DNA from: Orbicella franksi
Taxonomy: Eukaryota
Assembly (NCBI GenBank): GCA_964199315.1
Contig: OZ116699.1
Coordinates: 2,666,001-2,730,000 of the forward strand
Length of the DNA: 64,000 nt
Direction of reading: 5' to 3'
Of the stretch, positions 1 through 10,702 are shown piece by piece. A program made the translations under genes and the position numbers. Every line of letters starts with the position of its first letter. Within the stretch, counting starts at the first letter, position 1. Under the pieces are notes generated by a model that saw only the letters and a program-made list of their open reading frames with translations, did no database searches and was not told the DNA's origin.

Positions 1-1813
1 AAAAGTTTTGAAATAGCACAACAATCTTGATCAATAGTTTTATGCTTGGATGGCTTTTTATGCGTACGTTAAGTGTAACAACAAACGTTATTCGTAGCTT
101 TTATGACCAGGAAAGAGCTACATTCCTTGCCTTGTTCCTGTTTGTTTTAAATGGCCGATGTAGCTTGATATAGCTTGCAGGTCGGTCGGTTCATGCCTAT
201 TATTTGCTTGCGTGTTTACCTTCATTGCAAAGTTGTATATGAGTACTTTAGGTAATAGAAAAATTTGGGTTACAGTAAGATGGCTTGCTTGCAGTTGTAC
301 AATAGTTAGTAAAGATTTTAAACAAATCTCGTTATACTTTAGAATATTTTTAGCAACCTACATTAATTTAAGTCCTCAGCCGATTTTTGGTTGTTCTGGG
401 TGAACTTTACCTGTTAGCTTTTGTGCGTGATAATTAATAAAGAGCGTGTGATCTCAGTCATTGCTGGTGGAAATTTTATAAACCCAGTCCCAATAGTGTA
501 AAGACTTAACTTGAGTCCCACTATCTCCATTTTAGATATCTAAACTTTCCATTATTTTGAAGCGCCTAGTGTCAGCAAGAGTACGTCACTTGACAACAAA
601 CTCGTTATCATGAACCTTTGCGCCGGTGCTAACGAGGCTGAAAAATGCAGGACTCCAACAGCCCATATTAACGATAGCCGCCATGATGGTTTTCGTATTA
701 TAATGAAAATTAGCCACGTTGTCCGCCAGGGGGCAAACATTCAAATGGTTCCCATTTTCCCGAAAATCGGCTCGCCTAAATGGTCAAGTATCTGCACCAA
801 AATCACATTTGGGAGCCAAGTTATGGAACAATGATTTTATTATTAATTTAAGTTTGAAAAAGTTTCTCGATAACTTGACTTATTAACTACGCGAACCGTT
901 TTCTTTTTTATAAAAGCGCCGAAATTCTGTAGAACTTGGAATATCACCCCAATACTGAAACGAAAGCATGGATATGAAAAACAATTATAAGACATAATAA
1001 GAAACCAGGTGAAATTTGTCGATTTTAGCTTGTTTGCCCCCTCAGAAATCACGTGCCTGATTTGCATTATAATTTAAAAACAATCATGGCGGTTATCATA
1101 AATAAGGCCTACAGTAGAGGTCGTGTTGCTCCCCAACCCCTCCCCTAACGAGGTAACTTGCAACAACGATCGATTTTTCGCGCAACATTAAGAGGGTGCT
1201 AAGAGGCAATCATGTTACACGTGTCCATTTTTTAAATATTCTTCACCTTGGGTTGCGAGATTTTGAACGCAAATCAAAAATTTGCAACATGTGGTCGAGC
1301 CAAATGTTGCGCGAACAAATCTGCCCCGGTATCATGTTACACGGTTTTCAATTTTTCGCGCAACATTGCTGCGTAAAAATGAAGTTGTCCAGCGTAACAC
1401 TGGCTCCCGCTACGAGATATGTTCAGTATTGCACCTTAATGAGATTCATCTTCCTCAAAAGAGGTATCAGTGTCCTAATTTATGAAATTCCATTAAAACA
1501 CCAAAAAATAAAGAAAAAAAAATTCAACCCCAATCGGACATGAATTACTCTGTAAACAATACTTGCGTTCATTTCTGGACATTAGCGCCTGCTACCCTTA
1601 GGCTGTCAAGTAACATATGCCGGCTTATTCGAAATGCGGTCGGCATTTGCAACACCGAACGCACTTGGTACGAAACAAGTCACACTTCATGCCTTCTTCG
1701 TGGCCTTAAATAAAATCAAATTCGATTTAATGTGCTCAAGCGTTCGTCAGGTTATTTATGAAGAACAAAAGCGCCAACGAGCGGCGAAGGACAGAAGGCA
1801 ATATAATGCCTGA

Positions 1814-2147
1814 GGCCCCGTCCACACGTATCCGTATTCGTTTGAAAACGCAACTTTTTTTTCGCGTCCACACGTAACGTTTTCGCATCGACCCGACTGC
1901 GCATGCTTGACGCATGCGTATTCGCTATTATACTGATAGTGTGACGTCAGCGTTTTCGAAAAGTTCCGTTTGCGTCCGTCCACACGTAAACGCGAGAACA
2001 GCGTTTTCAAAAAGTTCCACTCTGTAGAGCGTTTTCCAAAAGTTCCGTTTTCAGCGATCGTTTTCGTCGGATACGTGTGGACAGAAGCCGTATCCATAAA
2101 GAAAAAGTTGCATTTTCAAATAAAAACGGATAATTGTGGACGGGGTC
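1814..2147. mobile_element. PIF/Harbinger-type MITE (about 334 bp)
   Basis: TIRs GGCCCCGTCCAC at 1814 and GTGGACGGGGTC ending at 2147. Flanked by TGA/TAA (imperfect 3-bp TWA-like TSD). Internal CCACACG repeats, no transposase. Confidence 0.7.
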
Positions 2148-2771
2148 TAAACGCCGCCATGGAATGCTGTAACCCGCTCCGCGCTGAAACAAACCGACCA
2201 CCTGATCGTAGGTTACAATTTCTCATGAGTTGAAAGGATGTGATCACGTTTTCAGCAAAAATAGCTCGATTTGCTTAGTCAATTTTTACTAGGCAGGTCT
2301 GAACTGAAAAGACGTCGGTTTCCTCTCAGGGACAGATCAACAAACAAACAAAACTAAAAGATTTGTTTCGTAAAGAAACGAGAACAACTAAATAAATGGA
2401 TATTGCGAGAAGGGAATTCGTGTCTCCTGCAGCGAGGCTAGCGAGAACAGAGCTTACCGCTTGAAAGGATCAGAGGCTAATATCATCCCTTACACTTAGA
2501 ACAACAGACAACGCCGCCTCATTGTGTGCTTATGTTGTTACATTAGCATGTAAGTGTTTAGTCTTAAGTGTTCTTGTTGTTTACTTATTCGTGTAACGTG
2601 CAATAACGAATATTTTCATGCTGACTTCCAGGCCTAGTTCAGAGAATTCTGTATTACTTCGTCTGCACGCCAAGACATTAAAACAGTTGTTTTGAAAGCC
2701 TTTCAGTGGTGCGCCTATCGATTAACGACCGGCATGTATCATTCTGTCTTTGTTTTTATAGATATATATAT

Positions 2772-3295
2772 TTTTTGAGAATATAAAGTACTTTATTGGC
2801 TTCCTGCACTACTAGTGACTTCAACAACTATCACATATATCGCCCAACCTACTTTACATTGGTTTCAACAGTACTATCGTTAACATTTCTCTTATGTTTA
2901 ACTAAACTACTTTCATGTAAGGTTTTGCACTTTTGCGAGGGGCATTTTTTCGTAGCTAATGACTAAAGCTTTCTATTCTGTACTTAAATAAGACTTTATT
3001 AACAAAGACAGAAAGGTAAATAGCTTGGTTATGCATCTTACTGGTGTATATGTAGTATTTCATAAATAGGATTAAATTAAATTTCTTTAATATTTCTTTT
3101 TCGCATGGGCCAGATATGATACCAAATAGTTTCTCTTCAATTGTTAGAGCAAATGTTGAGCTGTTAGCAGCGTTAAACCAGTCAATTACGTTGTTCACGA
3201 AAATCTTTACAAATCGACAGTTAAGAAGAGATCAATTGAATCTCTCTCACATTGTCTTTATAATACCCCGCCACGGCACAATGGTAGAAAGGTTA
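2772..3295 (-). mobile_element. 3' end fragment of an L1/Tx1-like non-LTR retrotransposon
   Basis: Minus-strand translation ...CRFVKIFVNNVIDWFN...EEKLFGII...FNLILFMKYYIYTSK resembles the C-terminus of LINE ORF2. AATAAA and a short A-run lie downstream on the minus strand near 2772-2797. Confidence 0.65.
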
Positions 3296-3359
3296 TAAGC
3301 TATGCCTAACTTCAGGCCTTCGAATGTCTCATATATGAATTAGAGGCAGAAACATTCAT

Positions 3360-4105
3360 AGGCCTAGAACGATCTCCTTAAACTCACGAATCTCAGTCGA
3401 AATTTGTAACCATCCGCTGAAGCGCTCACCACATTCACCAACTTTGTCTTTTTCACAGATGGCACAGCCTGACAAGCTTTACGCGCGCTTTCTAACCGAC
3501 AAACATCACGAACAACCTCCACAAGCGCCGCCGGTTCACTCATGAAAACCTTTTCTCGTAAGTCATCGCTGATTGCCACTACTTGAATAAACTGATCTCT
3601 TGCTAGTTCCACCTTGAACGAATAAGCTGCCTCTGGGTAGGCATTTTCCACTAGCTCCATCAAATTATCGCCAAATGCTTCGAAATCCTCATTCGACCTT
3701 TGATACCTGGGACCCGTTTCTCGAAAGCCCCGGAACCTTTTCGGGCTCTGAAAGCCATAACAAAATCTCGAACCTTACAATTACAGGGCTGTTTTATTCA
3801 CATATTCTTAATATAAACAGAGGATCCCTTCATACACGAAGTTTCAGGCGTATACACTTCTCCGTTTTTAGATACAGATGAACTAAAAATGGCTTTACGG
3901 GCCCGAAAAGTTTCCTGGGCTTTCGAGAAACGGGCCCCTGGCCCGTAACTGCAATTTATACCTGTAATCTTCCTTCGCCTTGCCCGAATCAAACCTTTGA
4001 ACCAATTGTGACGTGAATTCCTCAAAGGTTAACGATCCCGAAAGCTTCAGAAGCTCAACCGCTTTGTTCGCTGGTTGATCCAGCAAGCACTTATGTCCAG
4101 GATTG
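3360..4105 (-). mobile_element. Gypsy-like LTR retrotransposon gag fragment interrupted by a MITE
   Basis: ORFs 3895-4086 (LTFEEFTSQLVQRFDSGKAKEDYRYKLQLRAR) and 3364-3663 (LMELVENAYPEA...LARDQFIQ) join in frame once the 3710-3937 insert and one TSD copy are removed. The joined sequence resembles a retrotransposon gag capsid region. Confidence 0.7.
3710..3937. mobile_element. Harbinger-type MITE (228 bp)
   Basis: TIRs GG(A/G)CCCGTTTCTCGAAAG / CTTTCGAGAAACGGGCCC, with exact 3-bp TSD CTG at 3707-3709 and 3938-3940. Confidence 0.85.
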
Positions 4106-4516
4106 AACGCAAGTATTTTTTAATTTATTTAGTACTTCAAATTTGGCAGGGTTATTTGACATTGTTTCCGGGGCAACGGTACACAATCACTCTTGTCTTG
4201 TCTCGGCCCTAATGCATTTAACATAAAACAAAATAATATATGTAATATGTAAAAGTGAAATGCTCAAATTTTTGAGCACTTTCAAAATGGCCAAAAAATC
4301 TAGGGGACGTTCTTGCCTGTGGCCTTTCAATTGTCGCAGCAGTTATTTACCTGAGGGAAATTAACACATTAGTCTACATTGTTTAAGGAATATGCTCATC
4401 ATAGTCATACCAATTTCACTGAACAACATTGGGTTGAGTGCCACGAGTTTGTTTTACATGTTTGCACAGGTTCATACATGGTTGCCTCATGGTATGTCAA
4501 AGAGGCGCATTTTATT

Positions 4517-5323
4517 GGGTCTCTGTAAAGTGAGGACCGGATGACGGCGGATGGCGGATGGCGGATAGAAAAATGCGGATGGAAAAATGCGTAAACATAC
4601 AATAGAACACTTTCGATATATTAAAATTCAGCTTATCCTGCCAATCTGAAGATGAACCGGCGCTTTCACTAGAAAAGCACACCTTCAAGGAAATGGTTAG
4701 CAAAGATTTCGAGAAATAAAGATAAGGCCGAAGTTCAATCGACCCTTGTGTCCCTTGTGCAGTCCACTTGCGACAGACACCTTTGCACACGTGTTGTGCA
4801 CAGTCTTTTGCACATGCGAACACTCTGCGTGCCCAGCAAACTTGTCGACTAGGGTACGGTGGGTATATAGCCGATCTGTGACCGTAGAAGTGTTTCACTT
4901 ATTTTGAAAATGCTGGTTTTCGGCAGAGGAAATTTTCTGAGAGGTTATTAGCCGAAGTCCTTCGATGTGGTAAAAGACAGAGTCTGAATAATTACTGTTC
5001 CTTGATCAAAGTCTTTTCGTGCTTTTTTTTTAATTTCACTTTTTTCATAATCGGCGTAAAAAATGTTTCGATCTATGAATTCTCTAGGCCCAATTTTACA
5101 ACTCAGAATGTAAGAAAACATCGTAAACTTATTTCCCCTGGTCCCGATATTATCATTCGCATTTTGTCATCCGCGTTTTATCATCCGCGTTTTTTCATCC
5201 GCATTTTATCATCTGCATTTTATCATCCGCATTTTATCATCCGCATTTTTCCATCCGCATTTTGCTATCCGCCATCCGCCATCCGCCATCCGCTGCCATC
5301 CGGTCCGCACTTTACAGAGACCC
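4517..5323. mobile_element. Non-autonomous DNA transposon with 9-bp TSD (Mutator/MULE-like)
   Basis: TIRs GGGTCTCTGTAAAGTG(A/C)GGACCGGATG at both ends, subterminal ATCCGC arrays, and exact TSD CATTTTATT at 4508-4516 and 5324-5332. It sits in an intron of the MVP pseudogene. Confidence 0.8.
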
Positions 5324-5605
5324 CATTTTATTAGACACCTGTTCTCTTGTGACTGAAGGATCAATCGATGACTCAAAGTATGCCATTTTTCGTATGTCTC
5401 CACTGCCAATTCCTCCACCATTCCTAAACACAACAAATGAAGATTCCAAATACCAGTGAGATTTATATAGCTTACAGTACCTATGTATATTTACTACTAA
5501 AATATAATTTTTACTTGGCTTTAATGAAAACAATTCTCTTGATGGAATTCCAAGATTAAATTAAGTTTCAGTTCAGTTCTGTTCGTCTGTCCATCTGAGA
5601 TTTCT

Positions 5606-5613
5606 GTCAGTCA

Positions 5614-5646
<33 letters not shown>

Positions 5647-5868
5647 ACACACAGATAGTACGTCATCAGTCAATCAGGCAATCCGTTAGTCAGTCAGTCA
5701 GTCAGTTAGTCAATCAAGCAGTCAGTGGGTCAGCCAGTCAGTTAATTAGGCAGGAAGTCAGTCAGTCAGTTAGTCAAATATCAGGCAATTGGTCAGTCAG
5801 TCAGTTATAAGTCAAATATCATGCAATTGGTCAGTCAGTCACTCAGTCAGTCAGTCAGTCAGTCAGTC
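5606..5868 (+). repeat. Degenerate (GTCA)n microsatellite
   Basis: Runs of GTCAGTCA visible directly. This explains the S/Q/V-rich ORF 5789-5995. Confidence 0.9.
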
Positions 5869-7922
5869 AATAAATCAGGCAGCATTACAAAAGACAAGTA
5901 ATACAGCTACAATAAACAATCAAGACTCACTTAAGAATATTTTCCACATCATCAGTCAGCTCCTTTTCCCACAGTTCCTCATAATCCCTCAGTAGATAAG
6001 ACTGTGGCCCCATCACTGCTCATACTTAAAACAAAGAACATGGCAACAATATCTGTTGGTGATCTACAAAGTTATGGTGAAGGACATTCTTAATGATTGA
6101 CATAGTTTTAGATTCTCACAGCACCACTTTGAGTGTCCCTGACATAAATTCCATCATTTTCACAAAGGGGTATTGCTCTCCTGAAAATTTAATAATATTG
6201 CAATGTACAGTCATGTGCCAAACTTAATATGTTTTTTTAAAGGTCATCAGTGAGTTTGAAAGTTGTACCATTTATGATTATGTAGACACTTTTTAATTGA
6301 ACATTTCAAACATGGCAGAGCTATACCTGATTTTCTTAAGCCTTGTTAACAATTCAAGACATGACACTTCCTTTAAACTTATATTAGTTAGCAATAGAGA
6401 TTTTAGCACTTGAGGTTTAACTACATCAAAAATCTGAGAAAAAATTAATTCTTCTTAACAGCCATAGTAAGAAACATCTTTTAATATGCAACCTTAACTT
6501 TAACGAATACAAACATTAAATTTAACCAAAAAACAAAAATGAAAAAAAAAAAAAAGAAAAAAAAAAAAAAAAAAAAAAGAAAAAGAAAGAGAAAACATCT
6601 TTCCATCCTACAGATACTAAGCTATTCATAGGAAGACAGTAAGTCAAACCTTCTTGATTTAACAGTGACTTCTATTGGTGGAATGTACTCAACTGGTCCA
6701 AAGATCATCCAGCGATCACCAGGGGAACAATGACACTTCTCTGCAGCAAGAGGGAATTGATACTATTGCACGAGTGTTTTAAATAAGGAATTACTAAAGT
6801 AATGATGACTTGATGTGCAACCACGAGAACATAAAATCAATATTAATATGATATTCTTTAAAACCAATAAGCAGTGGCTTCCAAGGTTTACATAGTTTAC
6901 TCTTTATAGAGCTGTCATCAAAATTATGATCCACTGCTGACAGGACCAGAGTTTCATCTGCTTCTAGAATACATTATTTCAGTATGCCACCTTCTAAATC
7001 CTCCCCTGAAAGTAAGATAGATGTAAATAACCATAATTAGTGACAATAAACTTGTAACATATTCACCTAATGACATAACACTATCATCACAATTGTCATG
7101 TACATAGCTATCTTGATGCCTTAGTGCCCTGTTAGTTTCTCTATTAGTCTTAAGGAGCTCAGTCACAACATTTCAATGTGTTATTTTGGCCAAGTTCACA
7201 ATTACCTTTAGATTGAAGGAACCTGAAAGTAATAGTTTACTAAGATAGAAAAACACCAAAGAGATCATAATAACCAATAAAGGAACAAGGATGGTTAAGG
7301 ATCAAGAAGATTAACACAGATTACAAATGACAAACTTGATCCATAATAACCATTAACCAAAGGCCTTCATTTGGTCCAAGACATGGGAGAACCCTGACTC
7401 CAGATTTATATCCTACACAGCAACAAAACAAAACATATATTTAACATTTTTTTATAATTTAATATTGCATTTGGTCAGATGTAGCTTTGTCTACAAATTG
7501 GTGATATTTCATTCTAGTCTTATTTGATTCAGTAAAGTTGAAAGGTTGATTAATTAGTATGGAAAGCCATAACTTTCTTATGTGGTTGCTTATCATTATT
7601 TGGTGTGGTTTCTTCATTATGTGTTGTAGTTACTTCATTATGTTGTGTGGTTTCTTCATTATGTCCTGTAATGTAGTCCTCACGTGATGTGTTTTATCAT
7701 GATGTGGTGTAATAACTTCATTATGTGGTGTGGTTCTATCGTGATGTATTGAGGTTGTTAAGTTATGTCTTGTGCTCTTGTCATGATGTAATGTTGTGTT
7801 GTGTTGTCTGGCATCTTCGCTGTGTGGTTTAATCTTTATGTGATGTGTTTCGTCTTTATGCCTACCTCATTTCCGATACCAAGCTCTAGTACCCAGGCTT
7901 TATTCCCTCTCACTAACTGGTT

Positions 7923-8102
7923 AAACCAATGGTTAAACCGGTTTTTAGATGGGTCCCAGTTCCTTCTCTTCCCCGGCGTTGAAGACAACAAAATGACGGG
8001 AATAAGTAATGACGTTTTGTCAGCTATACTTGATAAGATGCACCTTGGTCATCTTATTGAGAACTTCCAGCGTGAAAAGGTAACTGTGGATCAAATACGT
8101 GT
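7923..8102 (+). mobile_element. Probable 5' fragment of a transposon ORF with a SAM-like N-terminus
   Basis: MTGISNDVLSAILDKMHLGHLIENFQREKVTVDQI resembles short helical N-termini of cnidarian TE-encoded ORFs. The likeness ends abruptly at about 8102. Confidence 0.35.
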
Positions 8103-8386
8103 GCTAGCTTCTGTCGCACTTCTTTATATACCCAGGGCATTCTGGGTCGCTCTTTATTTGGAGCTTTTCGTCACCAGTACTTCTTGGGCGCCTTTCTTCC
8201 AAATTTGGTATTTGTACATTTCCCGGGAAAGTCAAATCTCGCGCGTTGCATCACTGTCCATCAAGCTCGAACTCGAAGCTTGCCCTCGCGTTTTTGACGA
8301 AATGTTCGGGGTTTCAGTAGAGCCTTTAACGTAAAAGATAGGGATCAAGTGTCGCTTACAGCCTTCTTTGAAGCATTTCCGAAAGG

Positions 8387-10702
8387 ATGATGGTGGAAAA
8401 TGAGTGGTGGAAATCGCAACTCGCACTAGAAATCCACGACGTTCTTCGTGAAAAGGAAACGAGATTGCCACCTTTCACTTCGTCCTCGCCTCAGTTGAAG
8501 CTCAGGCGTTTTCTCGTGGACTGGCTCGCTGTCTTCTCTGAGAAGATTAAAAGCTCACATGGAGTGCTTCATTTAGCTGTTTATTACATGGACTTTTTTA
8601 TGGACAAGTTTGATATCGACGAACGCCAACTTTATCTCGTCGCATTAACGTGTTTGCTGCTGGCAGGTAAGCTAAACTAATTAATGTTATAGCCATTGGA
8701 AGTTAAAGATCTCATCAGCCTACAGTACACATAATAAAAAAACAGGACCGTAAGATGACACTGACATTAACTTGCTCTTCTTTAGGCTCAAATTTAGACA
8801 TGATTTCCTTGATTTTCCAGTTCCGGTCTCTGTGTGTCGAATTAAAAATAAAGAAATAAGGGAATTGATAAGTAAACCAATTCAATGCCTTTGGGCTTTT
8901 GATTGTTTCATCTTTTTAGCTAGATTGGCCTAATAAATTGTTCCCGTTTTTATCTTTATTTCGTTTACATACAAGAGGTCACAAGAGGATCAGATATTTC
9001 CTTGTTAGCCTTGGTGCCCCAAAGGGATTTCATAAGGGATTTAAAATTGTTTTCCAGACTGGAAATCGTAATTAACACTTCGCTTTCTTAAAGAAATTAA
9101 AGGTATCAAAATGTGTCGTCATGGTTGGAACTAAACCTTCAGTTTAATTTTCCCGAGGCTCGATATGCTAAGTGCTGCTTACATTTCAAGGAAAGCACCA
9201 TCTGAACATAAGATCATTTCACAGTTTTTCCTCTTTTACCTTAAATTCTTTCAGTAACAGAAAGGTAGGGGAAAATGTTTGATTCAAAGCTCTGACAATA
9301 CTTTTATCTTTTGTTTCAGCCAAGTTTGAAGAAAACGAAGAAAAAATTCCTACCATATCAATATTGAATGGCTATGTCCATAATCTGTTCAGTACAGCAG
9401 AATTCCATCAAATGGAACTCCTTCTACTCAACTTTTTCTCCTGGAATTTAGACTTGCCTACACCTGTACACTTCATGGAGTATTATCTGATACATGCAAT
9501 TTCAGTGCAGGACTGCCAATCAGGAAGGAGTCTTGATGACTGTACTAAACCAATGGCTTATACCAGGAAATATGTTCATTATTTCCTGGAGATTGCTTTA
9601 CAAGGTGAGATATGAAAACATAAAATACTAGTTTATACAGAAACATAGTAGGATGACCTCATTCAATGTGTTGCAACTACCACGCCCAGTTTCTATCTGA
9701 AGCTTAAAAGTAGTGACCACTCAGCGAATGTGACTAGCAATAAAACCATACCCTCCTAGCTGGACCTAAAGGTTCTTAGTCCAGACACTTTGCTCTCACA
9801 GTGCCTCTGTACACCCAGGTGTATTTAAATAGATACCAGAGAATTGTTAGTCAGGCAACATGACAAAATGCTTGGAAGTTACTAATAAAATAAACTAACA
9901 TATATAGGGTACACATACTATTGTGTAAGTTAACCATTTCTGCTCTTCTCCCATTTAGATCATTCTTTCCTGGGGTTTCCTCCTTCAGTAATAACATCAG
10001 CAGCAGTCGCAGCATCAAGGCTGCGCCTTCATCTTTGCCCATCCTGGACACCCCTTCTAATCAAGATAACATCATACACATGGGAACAGATTGCACCTTG
10101 TGTGAACATCATGTTAAGGTAGGAGAGGATTTTATATCTTATAATATGAGACAACTTCATGTTGGAAGAAACTAACTGGACTTAGTAAGAATTGCCTCCA
10201 ACATCTTATCTGTTGTATGTTTAAACATGATTATTTTAAAAACTTCTATTTGATCTTAATTTCTGAATTTTAATTTTTTTAGTTACATAGAATTAATTTT
10301 ATTGTGTACTGTTACTCCATATCCTTTTATCTTGTTATATATTTCACTGAAAAGCCCCAAGGGGGACGTGAAATAAACCTATGTATTTAATTATCTTGTC
10401 ACTAAAAGTGTCATTGGGTGATTAGCACTCAGTTTCTCCTTATATTAGCCATACATTATCAAGCAGTAAGGTAATGAGAATTGGATACAGCATCAAAAAT
10501 GTTTTCCTTTTACCAGCCAACTTCCAATGCCAACTTTAAATGAATTATGCAGCAACGAGGAATTCACCTTCCTGAGAATTAGCTAGACGTAAAAGTCATT
10601 ATGTTAGCTAAGAGCATTTTTTTTTATTAACATTTTTTTAGAGCACATGATGCAGATGAGAAAGCCATGTCACAGCAGAAAGCAATAAATGCCAAAGGGT
10701 GA
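8387..10702 (+). CDS. CCNJ: Cyclin J (about 261 aa); exons 8387-8666, 9320-9604, 9959-10118, 10642-10702
   Basis: WWKSQLALEIHDVLREKE, RRFLVDW, LHLAVYYMDFFMD, CLLLAAKFEE cyclin box, then DHSFLGFPPSVITSAAVAASR and AHDADEK. All introns GT-AG with matching phases; 786 nt in total. Confidence 0.95.

Larger units (their letters stand above)
4163..7412 (-). pseudogene. MVP: Major vault protein (MVP)-like spliced pseudogene, internally deleted and 3'-truncated
   Basis: Exons 7005-6901 (GEDLEGGILK*CILEADETLVLSAV), 6740-6650 ([27 protein letters not shown]), 6180-6120 (RRAIPLCENDGIYVRDTQSGA), 6025-5931 (V*AVMGPQSYLLRDYEELWEKELTDDVENIL), 5423-5339 (NGGGIGSGDIRKMAYFESSIDP), 4208-4163 (GRDKTRVIVYRCPGN). 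These match MVP vault-repeat motifs. In-frame stops at 6974-6976 and 6020-6022, a damaged acceptor at about 6025, and a phase break at 5339/4208. Possible upstream exons at 7412-7358 and 7222-7206 are less certain. Confidence 0.85.

Noticed and set aside
7801-8334. 177-aa ORF upstream of CCNJ
   Set aside because: It is a chance fusion of low-complexity TG-rich sequence, a TE-like fragment and promoter DNA, with a GTG start and no coherent domain.
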